A stretch of 64,000 bases of DNA. Source: a virus (lineage: Duplodnaviria > Caudoviricetes). A program made the position numbers and the translations under genes. Positions within the stretch are counted from its first letter, which is position 1. The number at the start of each line of letters is the position of its first letter. The notes beneath the pieces are model-generated. The model was not told the origin of the DNA. It worked only from the letters and a program-made list of their open reading frames with translations, and made no database searches. Of the stretch, positions 1-8,928 are shown in pieces. The stretch is from IMG/VR virus record IMGVR_UViG_3300024259_001623. The stretch is one strand, 5' to 3'.

Positions 1-457
1 TATACCCCCAGCCTTTACCGCTATCATAAGCTATAGTATGTATATTTTTAAAAAAGTTATACATATTAAATTCTACATAGGTAAAGTTTTTGTTTCTTAA
101 TCTTTTTATGACATGCTTAATACCAGCACCTGTATATAGTTCATCAGCATCTAAAACCCAAATATAATCAGTATCTCCTGGCATTGCTTTTAGTGTCAAA
201 TTGCTCTGCTGAGTTTCATTTTTATAAAATGAGTCATTTTGTATTAAAACGACCTTATTATTTGGATCAGGAAATTGCTTTATAATATTTATGGTATTAT
301 CTTGTGATCTTGGAGTTTTCCATCTATGAGTATTACCCCATTTCGCTGTTGCTCCCTCGGCAATTATTATTTTATGTGCATAAGGATAAACACATTCTAA
401 ACATTCCCTTAAAAAATATTCTCCATTGCATACTGTCATACTAAAACAAATATTCAT
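1..457 (-). CDS. Glycosyltransferase family 2-like protein (partial, runs off window start; missing from ORF track)
   Basis: Read manually from ATG at 457: MNICFSMTVCNGEYFLRECLECVYPYAHKIIIAEGA...SQDNT...DYIWVLDADELY; GT-A N-terminus and DxD motif, no stop before base 1; ATG abuts the stop of 458..1405. Confidence 0.75.
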   Translation of the reverse strand, partial: MNICFSMTVCNGEYFLRECLECVYPYAHKIIIAEGATAKWGNTHRWKTPRSQDNTINIIKQFPDPNNKVVLIQNDSFYKNETQQSNLTLKAMPGDTDYIWVLDADELYTGAGIKHVIKRLRNKNFTYVEFNMYNFFKNIHTIAYDSGKGWGY

Positions 458-1405
458 TTATCTAACCTTATAAAATTTTCTCATTTCTGGATTTTTTCTA
501 AACAAACTCTTTATAATACTCGATTCTTCTGTTGAAGCCTCAAGTATCGCATTCATATAATCTCTACCGTCTACCGGCTGACCGCCCCATAAAGTAATTT
601 TATTACAGATATCTAACACATCGCTATTTATATCTGATATATCTACATTATCATATACGGAACTCTTAAAATAAGTCGCCCCATCTCGTCTTCTTTTAAC
701 AGGTGCATGAGGACGATCAAATCTTTTCATATATCTATGGTCATCAAAAACAGGATATCTAATAGGACAATCAAGAACTTTGGAAACGAACTTCCTATTT
801 CTCTTGCTGAAAAAGTATCTGACCAATAATCTTTGATCATCTCCCCATTTGAATTTATTTGTAGGAGAAACCAATTCATTATAGTCACTAGTTATAAGTC
901 TTCTATCTCTTAATAAGGCAGCATTAAATCCGCATAGACCTCCATATATGGGAATAGAATTATGATGAGGATGACATCTCATACTATGAACATGCATCTC
1001 TTCAGCTTGCTTAAAAAATCTAACACTTTGAACTTCTTTCTGTTCAGGGATAGAATCTATATCTCTACAAAAACAAAACTTGACTTTCTTGTACCATAAA
1101 GGCTTCAATCTCCACAGCATAGGCTTGGAGTCTTTATAACTATCATCTAATATTTTGATTTCTACTTTGTCTGTGCTTTCGGATATTTGCTGTAGAAAAT
1201 CGAATACAGGCTTAGTAATCATATTTTTATGTACAAAAAATTTAGAAACAGAATCTTTGAAGAATTCTGAATTAGCTATAATAATTATTGGAATATTATA
1301 CCAATATCTATAATTATCATTCCTTAAAGGATCATGCCTTCTTACAGATTTTGTCTTCTTTCCGTATAAAGAATATGCTATTACATTTTTTTCTTTAATT
1401 CCCAT
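458..1405 (-). CDS. Putative glycosyltransferase-like protein
   Basis: 315 aa; IAYSLYG start, LWRLKPL and FCRDIDS (DxD-like) motifs; lies within GT cluster. Confidence 0.45.
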   Translation of the reverse strand: MGIKEKNVIAYSLYGKKTKSVRRHDPLRNDNYRYWYNIPIIIIANSEFFKDSVSKFFVHKNMITKPVFDFLQQISESTDKVEIKILDDSYKDSKPMLWRLKPLWYKKVKFCFCRDIDSIPEQKEVQSVRFFKQAEEMHVHSMRCHPHHNSIPIYGGLCGFNAALLRDRRLITSDYNELVSPTNKFKWGDDQRLLVRYFFSKRNRKFVSKVLDCPIRYPVFDDHRYMKRFDRPHAPVKRRRDGATYFKSSVYDNVDISDINSDVLDICNKITLWGGQPVDGRDYMNAILEASTEESSIIKSLFRKNPEMRKFYKVR

Positions 1406-2070
1406 TCAAACCACCTATTAGGATGACCATTCTTTTTATAAATCGTCTTCTCCAGCCAAGTTCTACCTGTATCCTGAACTAACCTTGCATAAATATTTTT
1501 TCTTGGATAATGATAAGAACAAAATTGACTTTTACAAACTTCTCTTATTTTTTGTTCTGGATTATGTTGAGGCGAAATCTTTTTACATACGTTTCTTGCC
1601 CATTCAGCATCAAACAAAGAAGGAGTCAGGCAAATTCTAAAATCTTTAAATCCATATACTCTCAATGATACTCCTATAACCTCTGCACCTGCCGTACCAT
1701 GTATTCTGCCAGCCTTTGGCCCTCTATTAATTGAAAGATAATTCAATATATCTGATATCTCAAATTTTTTCATCATTTTCCAATCATCTTCCAAATGAAA
1801 CAACATCTTTCCTTTAGTTTGGCTCCAACACCATCTCAATGCATTAGAAAAATTAGCCTTTTCAGGGATGTTATAAATAACTTCTCCAAAAAACTCTTTT
1901 GCCACATTCACAACGTCCATTGGATCTTTATTATAAGGAACAGGATCTACATTTAAATATAATGTAGACTTTTTAAAATCCACATCAAGCATTTTTCGAT
2001 TAAAGCTCTTATATGTTCTTCTTAATAATTTAGGACGACAGACAGCAGTAGTTGTAAAATCTAAATTCAT
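1381..2070 (-). CDS. Putative GT-A fold glycosyltransferase
   Basis: TTTAVCRPKLLRRT start, FHLEDDW (DxD-like) motif, GT cluster context. Confidence 0.55.
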   Translation of the reverse strand: MNLDFTTTAVCRPKLLRRTYKSFNRKMLDVDFKKSTLYLNVDPVPYNKDPMDVVNVAKEFFGEVIYNIPEKANFSNALRWCWSQTKGKMLFHLEDDWKMMKKFEISDILNYLSINRGPKAGRIHGTAGAEVIGVSLRVYGFKDFRICLTPSLFDAEWARNVCKKISPQHNPEQKIREVCKSQFCSYHYPRKNIYARLVQDTGRTWLEKTIYKKNGHPNRWFEWELKKKM

Positions 2071-2930
2071 TTAAATATCCCCCATCGTTTAGTATCAATA
2101 GGTAAACAAATAATCTTTTTATTTTTATTTTTTCTATAGATAATTCTATTATTTTCTCTTAATTTCTCTGATAACCAATTTTTTTCATGCTTATGAGAGA
2201 TATGATATACAGTAAAATAACTATTAGGACGCAAAGTTCCTTTTTTGTAATATCTAAAAGCTCTTAAATTAAAATCCAAATCTTCTAATCCATGACCAAT
2301 GAATCGTTCATCAAATCCGCCCAATTTAAAGAAATCATCTTTGGGCATAGTAAAATGACTATTACCTAAAGCTTTTGTCCTATAAAATTCTGGATCGCTT
2401 CTCATATTAGAAGGTAAATCATTTAATTTGATTTCTTTTTTAGTATATCTCTCTAATGCCAACTTATGTCTATTAATATTTTTGCACAATATGGCATATA
2501 ATTCTTTTTTAGTAAGATTATTGCAATTCTTTTTTATTCTTTGAGATACTCTATCATTTACGAATCTAACCCTATGAGCCAATTTAGTTTTTGTACCATT
2601 TTTAAAAAAATCATCTACATGACCAAGAAAACCTGGCAAAACCATAGAATCTATGTCTAACATAGTTATTAAATTGCCAGAAGCCTTGGAAGCACAATGG
2701 TTTAAGGCTTTAGTCTTCCAGAATGGCCCTGCATATCTAACTTTCAAAACTTTTAAATTCATCTTGTCTTTATACAAGTTAAATATTTTATCTGAACCAT
2801 CTGTACTATTCAAATCTGTAACAATAACTTCATACTTAGCATTAGTTTCTTCGCCAGATAAATACAAACTTCTCAGAAAAGTTTTTAGACATGCTTTCCT
2901 ATTTCTATATGCAGAAATTATTGTGTTCAT
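2067..2930 (-). CDS. Glycosyltransferase family 2 with galactosyltransferase-like C-terminal motif
   Basis: IISAYRNR, EVIVTDLNSTD, KTKALN, MLDIDS (DxD), GGFDERFIGHGLEDLDF. Confidence 0.85.
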   Translation of the reverse strand: MNTIISAYRNRKACLKTFLRSLYLSGEETNAKYEVIVTDLNSTDGSDKIFNLYKDKMNLKVLKVRYAGPFWKTKALNHCASKASGNLITMLDIDSMVLPGFLGHVDDFFKNGTKTKLAHRVRFVNDRVSQRIKKNCNNLTKKELYAILCKNINRHKLALERYTKKEIKLNDLPSNMRSDPEFYRTKALGNSHFTMPKDDFFKLGGFDERFIGHGLEDLDFNLRAFRYYKKGTLRPNSYFTVYHISHKHEKNWLSEKLRENNRIIYRKNKNKKIICLPIDTKRWGIFK

Positions 2931-3841
2931 ATATATGAAATCGGAATTTTCAAGATAAAAAAAGAATCACATAATACTTGAGTTTTATAATTTTCTCTTA
3001 TAGCCAAAATATTACCATCTACATCATAAGTCTTCCTACAAGACTTTCCCAATGGCGAAAATATATTTTGCACATATACATGAGGAATCTTTTTCATCAT
3101 AGTATCTCTTATATAGAAAATTAAATCATCATCTGTAGATTTCCAATGATTGTTTTTATAGGCTGGGAATATCTTTAATAAATGAACAGGCGTATTTTTA
3201 TCATGATCACATATTATTTTAGTAATATCTTCTATATGTTCGTCATCTATAGACGTTGTAGTAATACCATTACTATTTGGATATATTGGAATACTAATTT
3301 CTACATGAGCATTGCTGTTTAATGCATGGATTATATTCTCTAATATCAATATGTAACTATAGCACAAATCATCATCTTCTATTCCGGCCACATCATGATA
3401 AGACTTTTTGCCCCCTTTCAAATCTATGTTAATAGCATCTGAATATTCACAGACATGATTCCAAAACTCTCTTTCTATAAAAGCATTAGTCTTCAAAAAG
3501 GTAAACATGCCAGCCTTCTTAGACATATCAAATAGATTTAATAAATATTCATAATAAACCGTTGGTTCATTATAAGTCATGCCCACTCCATCTACCTTAT
3601 TTTCGATAGCGATATCTACAATCTCTTTACATGATTTGAGATTTTTATTATCACCACCATGCTGACTTATTTTCCAATTTTGACAATAATTACATTTCAA
3701 AGAACATCCATATCCTCCAACAGAAAGAACTGAAGAATTAGGTCTAAAATGGTAGAAAGGTTTTTTCTCTATAGGATCAACAGACAGATTGCTTATGTCC
3801 ATAACTGGAGATATAGTATTGTCAATTATATGAGTTTTCAT
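2927..3841 (-). CDS. Radical SAM enzyme, AmmeMemoRadiSam / PflA-like family
   Basis: DPIEKKPFYHFRP, CxxxCxxC (CSLKCNYCQN), TYNEPT, IDLKG. Start moved to ATG 3841 (ATGA overlap with upstream stop) rather than 3859. Confidence 0.85.
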   Translation of the reverse strand: MKTHIIDNTISPVMDISNLSVDPIEKKPFYHFRPNSSVLSVGGYGCSLKCNYCQNWKISQHGGDNKNLKSCKEIVDIAIENKVDGVGMTYNEPTVYYEYLLNLFDMSKKAGMFTFLKTNAFIEREFWNHVCEYSDAINIDLKGGKKSYHDVAGIEDDDLCYSYILILENIIHALNSNAHVEISIPIYPNSNGITTTSIDDEHIEDITKIICDHDKNTPVHLLKIFPAYKNNHWKSTDDDLIFYIRDTMMKKIPHVYVQNIFSPLGKSCRKTYDVDGNILAIRENYKTQVLCDSFFILKIPISYI

Positions 3842-4629
3842 AAAACTCCCCATTCCCAACCTACATTCTTCGTTATAAAAGACACATCTGATTTCGAGCG
3901 TCTTTCTTCTTGTATCCTAATACGGCGATTATTCTTTTTATAATGCCTGAAAAATAATCTATTATATTTGTTCTTCTCTATCTGATGCCACTGATGCAAA
4001 ATAGATGTTTTGTCATCAATCCATTTTGTTTCCAAACCATCTGCACTAGCTCTCATCCAAATATCATAATCCATACCTGACCACATATTGAACGATTCAT
4101 CATATCCATGAACTTTATGAAACCAAGTAGTTCTCGCAAATTGACAAGAACCACAAGCTCGTAAATCCTCTAATAACTCTGATTCTTCTTTCAAATCGTC
4201 AAAAGAACTCATTCTGAAATTTATTAGATCGTGATCAGGTTTAGTCAAATGAACTCGACAAGAAAGCATACTCTTTTTGCTTCTTTCTTCCCATAAAACA
4301 GATATAAAATCTTTTTTGAAAATACTATCAACGTCTGTACACATAACATATTCTGTTCTACATTCTTTTATACCAGCGTTAAGGGCTTGTGGTTTATTCC
4401 ACATTCGACCATCTAATTCTTTATATATATGGGCAGCACCATATTTTTTGCATATCTTATGGACTTCTTGATATGAATCATCATTGCTCACGTCAACCAC
4501 AATAATATCAGGATATATATCACTATCTTGTTCTCTCAAAGAGTACAAGAAATTGTTCAATCTATATATCCCACGATTATAGATATTATGGATAAAACAA
4601 ACAACCGATAATCCATCCTTATACGTCAT
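3838..4629 (-). CDS. Glycosyltransferase family 2
   Basis: IIVVDVSND, WNKPQALNAG, CTDVD (DxD), GYDESFNMWSGMDYD. Confidence 0.85.
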   Translation of the reverse strand: MTYKDGLSVVCFIHNIYNRGIYRLNNFLYSLREQDSDIYPDIIVVDVSNDDSYQEVHKICKKYGAAHIYKELDGRMWNKPQALNAGIKECRTEYVMCTDVDSIFKKDFISVLWEERSKKSMLSCRVHLTKPDHDLINFRMSSFDDLKEESELLEDLRACGSCQFARTTWFHKVHGYDESFNMWSGMDYDIWMRASADGLETKWIDDKTSILHQWHQIEKNKYNRLFFRHYKKNNRRIRIQEERRSKSDVSFITKNVGWEWGVL

Positions 4630-4631
4630 AA

Positions 4632-5234
4632 TTAATCTGCACCAACCTCTTCTACTTCCTTGACTTCTTCTACTTCCTTACCATACTTATCTTCTTTCCA
4701 TCTCTCTCCTACAATGCATTTTCCGGAAAGATGATCTAATTCGTGCTGTATAACTCTTGCCTTAAAATGGAAATATTTTTGCTCTTCTTGCTTTTCCATC
4801 TTTTCATTCCAATAAGTGATCATGATCTCTGGATACCTGGCGACAGATGTGCTAAAACCGGGATAAGACAAACAACTTTCTTTCTTTCTCTGTTCAAACC
4901 CGCTATAAATATTAACATATGGGTTGATCATAACTGTATACTTGCCATTATTGTCAGGATCAATAACAATAACATTTTTTGTAACACCAATCTGATTAGC
5001 TGCCAAACCTACACCAGAAGGACTTGCATCTAAAACATTCTTCATATCCTTGATGAAGGATAAATCATCGCCGGGGCTTACCTTTTCACATTCTTCTGAT
5101 AAAATAGGATTATCATACTTTAAAATCTTCTTTCTAAGAGCAGTAATTCTAGCTACACGGCGTTGTCTATTTAAATTTTGCACCTTTTTTCTTTTATTGT
5201 CTCTGGTTTTCCCTCTCGGCTTCTTATTCGACAT
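4632..5234 (-). CDS. def: Peptide deformylase
   Basis: GVGLAANQIG, ESCLS (variant of EGCLS), QHELDHL metal motif. Confidence 0.93.
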   Translation of the reverse strand: MSNKKPRGKTRDNKRKKVQNLNRQRRVARITALRKKILKYDNPILSEECEKVSPGDDLSFIKDMKNVLDASPSGVGLAANQIGVTKNVIVIDPDNNGKYTVMINPYVNIYSGFEQRKKESCLSYPGFSTSVARYPEIMITYWNEKMEKQEEQKYFHFKARVIQHELDHLSGKCIVGERWKEDKYGKEVEEVKEVEEVGAD

Positions 5235-5243
5235 ACAAATCTC

Positions 5244-5642
5244 CTATCTAAATAATTTTAACTTTATCTTAATTGATCCATCTTCTTTAGTTTGAGTTTT
5301 ACCTAAAGAATATCGGCCAGCATTCTTTTTTACAAACTTAAAAACTTTATTTTTTGCGTATAATTGTTTCAACTTATTAAGTTTAAAAACTCCCTTATCA
5401 TATGCAGACAGGTGCATAATATACTTGCCGTCTACCTTTTCAAAACCAACATCATTACTGGCACTACCCACCTGCGATCTAGGAATCACAACATGAGCCT
5501 TTTGTTTTCTTTTATCCCCTTGGTATCCATACAGATTTACAGCATCTTGATGAACTTTAGGATTATACTTCATTTCTTTCAAAGCCTGTAAGAGGCAGTC
5601 CACATCATCCATTTCTATTTCTACAACATGAAATTCACTCAT
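5244..5642 (-). CDS. DUF1257 (Ycf35-like) protein
   Basis: MSEFHVVEIEMDD..LLQALKEM, LYGYQGD..Q.A.VVIPR, SNDVGFEK pattern. Confidence 0.75.
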   Translation of the reverse strand: MSEFHVVEIEMDDVDCLLQALKEMKYNPKVHQDAVNLYGYQGDKRKQKAHVVIPRSQVGSASNDVGFEKVDGKYIMHLSAYDKGVFKLNKLKQLYAKNKVFKFVKKNAGRYSLGKTQTKEDGSIKIKLKLFR

Positions 5643-5901
5643 CTGTTTCTCCTATCTTTCTTAATATCCAATGAGGAAGAATATTTAATCCCTCTGGCAC
5701 AATAACAGCTTTTTTATTACACCCTAAAACAACATCATCTTTTTTAGGCAAAGTAAAAACAAAAGTATGTTCATATCCATTTGGAGGATTCGGTATAAAA
5801 CCGGCCCCTTTACATGCAGGACAACCAAAAACATTAAAAGAACGATCAGATTCTCTAGATTCGATCTTGCCTTCGCCTTTACAAAAAGTACATTTTTCCA
5901 T
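5635..5901 (-). CDS. Small DnaJ-type zinc-finger protein
   Basis: Two CxxCxGxG repeats (CTFCKGEG, CPACKGAG). Confidence 0.6.
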   Translation of the reverse strand: MEKCTFCKGEGKIESRESDRSFNVFGCPACKGAGFIPNPPNGYEHTFVFTLPKKDDVVLGCNKKAVIVPEGLNILPHWILRKIGETDE

Positions 5902-5903
5902 TT

Positions 5904-6392
5904 TTACTCCCGGTTCATAACATATTCTATAAAATCATGAACAGCACCATGTCCACCGTCAAATAGAGCTATAAAGTTGCATTCGTCTTGTACATTACAA
6001 AGAGCGTCATTAGGGCAACCAGTTATCTTGCAACTCTCCATACACGCAAGATCATTTTCTGCATCTCCAATATACGCTACTTCGTCCCACTTTATTCCCT
6101 GTTCTTCCAAAAATTTCCCCAAAAACTTCTTTTTCTCCCCATGACAACCAGTTATTAAAAATAAATTATTCAGCAATTCTCTATAATAATATAGCCCTTT
6201 CACTTTTTCTTGGATAGCTCCATCAGCAGCAGAAGTTAAAATAAGAAACTTAAAACCTTCAGTCAACGCCTTTTGAATAGCATTGAAGTCTCTAGTATAA
6301 AAAGATTTAGACACAGTTCCAGCATCAGAAACGAGGTACATACCGTCAGTTAAAGTTCCATCAACATCAGTTACAATCAGTTTTATAGACAT
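5904..6392 (-). CDS. kdsC: KdsC/YrbI-family HAD phosphatase (sugar-acid 8/9-phosphate phosphatase)
   Basis: TDVDGTLTDG motif I, F.TRD, VAYIGD..ND, GGHGAV.DFIE. Confidence 0.88.
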   Translation of the reverse strand: MSIKLIVTDVDGTLTDGMYLVSDAGTVSKSFYTRDFNAIQKALTEGFKFLILTSAADGAIQEKVKGLYYYRELLNNLFLITGCHGEKKKFLGKFLEEQGIKWDEVAYIGDAENDLACMESCKITGCPNDALCNVQDECNFIALFDGGHGAVHDFIEYVMNRE

Positions 6393-6420
6393 ATTTTCTC
6401 TCCAAAATAGACTCTAATAA

Positions 6421-6449
6421 ATTATAGCAGCACAATTATTATATTGCAA
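6421..6449 (-). promoter_or_regulatory. Sigma70/sigmaA-type promoter driving kdsC and downstream leftward genes
   Basis: Minus strand TTGCAA (6449-6444), 17-nt spacer, TGcTATAAT extended -10 (6429-6421); the -35 lies inside the palindrome ATATTGCAATAT (6441-6452). Confidence 0.7.
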
Positions 6450-6481
6450 TATTATCCGATATTTAAAATAGGAGAACAATA

Positions 6482-7351
6482 ATGAGCAATAACTTCACAT
6501 TAATAGCAGAGATAGGATGCACTCATATTGGAAATATCGACAGAGCAAAAAAATTAGCTCTATTAGCCAAAGAAAACGGAGCAGATGTAGTAAAGTTACA
6601 AAAAAGAAATCCATATGAATCAGTCCCAAAATCTTTGTGGGATAAACCTCATCCCAACCAAATATTTTCATATGGAGATACATATTTACAACACAGAATA
6701 AACGTAGAATTAAATAAAGATGCACATATAGAGTTCAAAGAATACTGTAAAAGTATTAATATCAAATATGCAACTAGCGTATGGGATATGACATCTGCTA
6801 AAGAAATGGTTGAAATAGACCCAGCATTTATCAAAATACCTAGCGCATGTAATAATAACTATGATATGCTAAAATATCTATTTGATAACTATAATGGAAA
6901 AATACACATATCATTAGGAATGACAACCGAGGAAGAAAGAGAAGATATATTAAGACATGTATACTTTGATTTCAATAAAGTAGTCCTTTATCATTGCACA
7001 AGTGGATATCCAGTTCCTTTTGAACAATTATATATAAAAGAAATAGAAAAACTAAACACTCTACAAAGAGAAAATGTATTTTTCGGGATTGACAAACCAG
7101 GAGTAGGTTTCTCTAATCACGGTTTTGGCATAGCTATAGAAATTGCAGCCTATATGTTAGGAGCAAGATATTTTGAAAGACACTTCATTGATGATAGAAC
7201 CTTCAAACACACTGACGCAAGCTGTTCACTTGAGCCTCAAGGTCTACATAAATTATCTCGTAATTTACAAGCTTTAGAGAAAACTTTACAATTTAAACCA
7301 GAAACTATAGACAATATCGAAATGGAACAGAGAAAAAAACTAAGAACGTAG
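6482..7351 (+). CDS. neuB: N-acetylneuraminate/nonulosonate synthase family protein (NeuB-like, lacks C-terminal SAF domain)
   Basis: IAEIG, ADVVKLQ, KIPSA, HCTSGYP, GFSNH, ERHF, D.SCSLEP; AGGAG RBS upstream; only credible plus-strand gene. Confidence 0.9.
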   Translation: MSNNFTLIAEIGCTHIGNIDRAKKLALLAKENGADVVKLQKRNPYESVPKSLWDKPHPNQIFSYGDTYLQHRINVELNKDAHIEFKEYCKSINIKYATSVWDMTSAKEMVEIDPAFIKIPSACNNNYDMLKYLFDNYNGKIHISLGMTTEEEREDILRHVYFDFNKVVLYHCTSGYPVPFEQLYIKEIEKLNTLQRENVFFGIDKPGVGFSNHGFGIAIEIAAYMLGARYFERHFIDDRTFKHTDASCSLEPQGLHKLSRNLQALEKTLQFKPETIDNIEMEQRKKLRT

Positions 7352-7352
7352 A

Positions 7353-7613
7353 TTACCACATATCATATTCTGTAACATCAATAGTTTCTTTAGTATAATT
7401 ATGAGTAACTTTCAAAACCTGCCCTAAAGATGTACTAGTAAAAGAATAAGTTAAAGATCCTCCAATAGCTCCATAATAAGGAAGCCCACTTTCGGCAGAT
7501 TCTTTTTCTATAACAGAATGAGAATTTTTTTGTTTCTCTATAACAATCTCATCCTGTTTTTTCTCCCATTCTGTTATCTTTTTTAATTGTTCATCTGATA
7601 TTGAAAATTTCAT
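7353..7613 (-). CDS. Hypothetical protein (86 aa)
   Basis: ORF with YYGAIGGSLTYSF motif; converges on neuB with a 1-nt gap. Confidence 0.55.
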   Translation of the reverse strand: MKFSISDEQLKKITEWEKKQDEIVIEKQKNSHSVIEKESAESGLPYYGAIGGSLTYSFTSTSLGQVLKVTHNYTKETIDVTEYDMW

Positions 7614-7700
7614 AACTTAAACTTATCTCCCTTCTCTACAAAACCAATAAACCCATCATCTTTGGGTTTGACATCTGTTCCCTGATAAAGTTAATTTCAC
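7610..7700 (-). pseudogene. Small ORF of about 29 codons interrupted by one extra base
   Basis: AAGGAG RBS then GTG 7700; a +1 shift after codon 4 gives MKLT-YQGTDVKPKDDGFIGFVEKGDKFKL ending in an ATGA overlap with the next start. Confidence 0.3.
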
Positions 7701-7726
7701 TATATTACTCCTTCTTTTACTGTTAT

Positions 7727-7735
7727 ATTATACCA
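7727..7735 (-). promoter_or_regulatory. Extended -10 promoter (TGgTATAAT)
   Basis: Intergenic, upstream of an AAGGAG RBS; no clear -35. Confidence 0.4.
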
Positions 7736-7758
7736 GTCACATACTAGATTTGAAATAT

Positions 7759-8220
7759 CTATTTATATTCATCTGGAGGTCCAGACTTATCTTTATTATT
7801 TGGATCATAATCTTCTGGAGGATCATAATCATCTCTTGGGGGAAGAAAATCATCACCAGCTTCTTCTGATTCTTCCTCATCTTCTTCATAATCTTCATCA
7901 TTATTGAAATCATCATAATCATAAAAATCTTCATCTTCATCTACTTTAGATAAGAAAATATAATTTCTACCCATCCACAAAACTACTCCTATTTCTAAAT
8001 CTTTCTTATCCTCATCGTACTTTTGTTCTATTCGATCTATTTTTGTTTTTGTTTTACTACTATCAAGCCACTCAGTATAAACATATTCCTCATCAAAATC
8101 AAAATGTTTTAACTCTGGATTACCTGGTGAGGGATTATAAAATCTTAATACAAAATGTTTCCCGCTCAGAATTTCATAATCATCAACGCTATCTTTTTTC
8201 ATTTTATACCATATTTCCAA
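7759..8220 (-). CDS. Hypothetical protein with highly acidic C-terminal tail
   Basis: 153 aa; D/E-rich last 60 residues with DDYDPP/EDYDP repeats. Confidence 0.65.
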   Translation of the reverse strand: MEIWYKMKKDSVDDYEILSGKHFVLRFYNPSPGNPELKHFDFDEEYVYTEWLDSSKTKTKIDRIEQKYDEDKKDLEIGVVLWMGRNYIFLSKVDEDEDFYDYDDFNNDEDYEEDEEESEEAGDDFLPPRDDYDPPEDYDPNNKDKSGPPDEYK

Positions 8221-8926
8221 TTATTCTGCACACATTTCCAATAAGCAAAAAATCATTTAAATCATCAATCTGCAAAGATTGATATTTGTCTGTTTTATAA
8301 GTAGTAATTTTTCCACCTAATCTATTATTATCAGAAAATAAAATATTCTTATCTGTTATATATATATTACCATTATCAAACAATGCAAAATCTTTTGATT
8401 TCATCTCTTGCCTCATCGGTCTATCATAATAATATAGATTTGGGCAATGTGCAGAATCTTGGTTATCATCTTGATACCAGAAAAATGGAGAAGTTTTACT
8501 GACAGTTAACAGACTATCAGCTTTATCATCCATCATTTTCTCTAAACATCTATCTAATAAATTATTATATCTTATTGGAGAAGAAGCTTGTAGACATACG
8601 ACTATATCAACATCTAACCCAAGATGATTAACAGATTGTATCAAAACATCTTCGTTTTTGACAAGATCTCCATTCAATTCTTCTGGTCTATCAATAAAAT
8701 ATAAAGACTCATCATTGTTAGTAGCCTTATATTGCAGAAAATATTTTTTTACGCTGGGACAACAAGAGTTTACAACATTATAATCTACATATTTACTTTT
8801 GGATGCAGCTTCTACTGACCACAGGAAAACAGGCTTGCCTGCCAATGACTTGTAATTCTTCCCTGGCAGACCTTTACTATCTTTACGAGCCAGAGTTATC
8901 GCCATTATTTTTTTATTATTTATCAT
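8204..8926 (-). CDS. neuA: Acylneuraminate cytidylyltransferase (CMP-sialic acid synthetase)
   Basis: ITLARKDSKGLPGKN, RPEEL, LQASSPIR, DNGNIYI, QIDDLNDF. Confidence 0.9.
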   Translation of the reverse strand: MINNKKIMAITLARKDSKGLPGKNYKSLAGKPVFLWSVEAASKSKYVDYNVVNSCCPSVKKYFLQYKATNNDESLYFIDRPEELNGDLVKNEDVLIQSVNHLGLDVDIVVCLQASSPIRYNNLLDRCLEKMMDDKADSLLTVSKTSPFFWYQDDNQDSAHCPNLYYYDRPMRQEMKSKDFALFDNGNIYITDKNILFSDNNRLGGKITTYKTDKYQSLQIDDLNDFLLIGNVCRIIGNMV

Positions 8927-8928
8927 AT

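Noticed and set aside
7759-7940. Acidic low-complexity tail as a DNA mimic
   Set aside because: Composition alone is insufficient, and similar acidic tails occur in several ORFs here.
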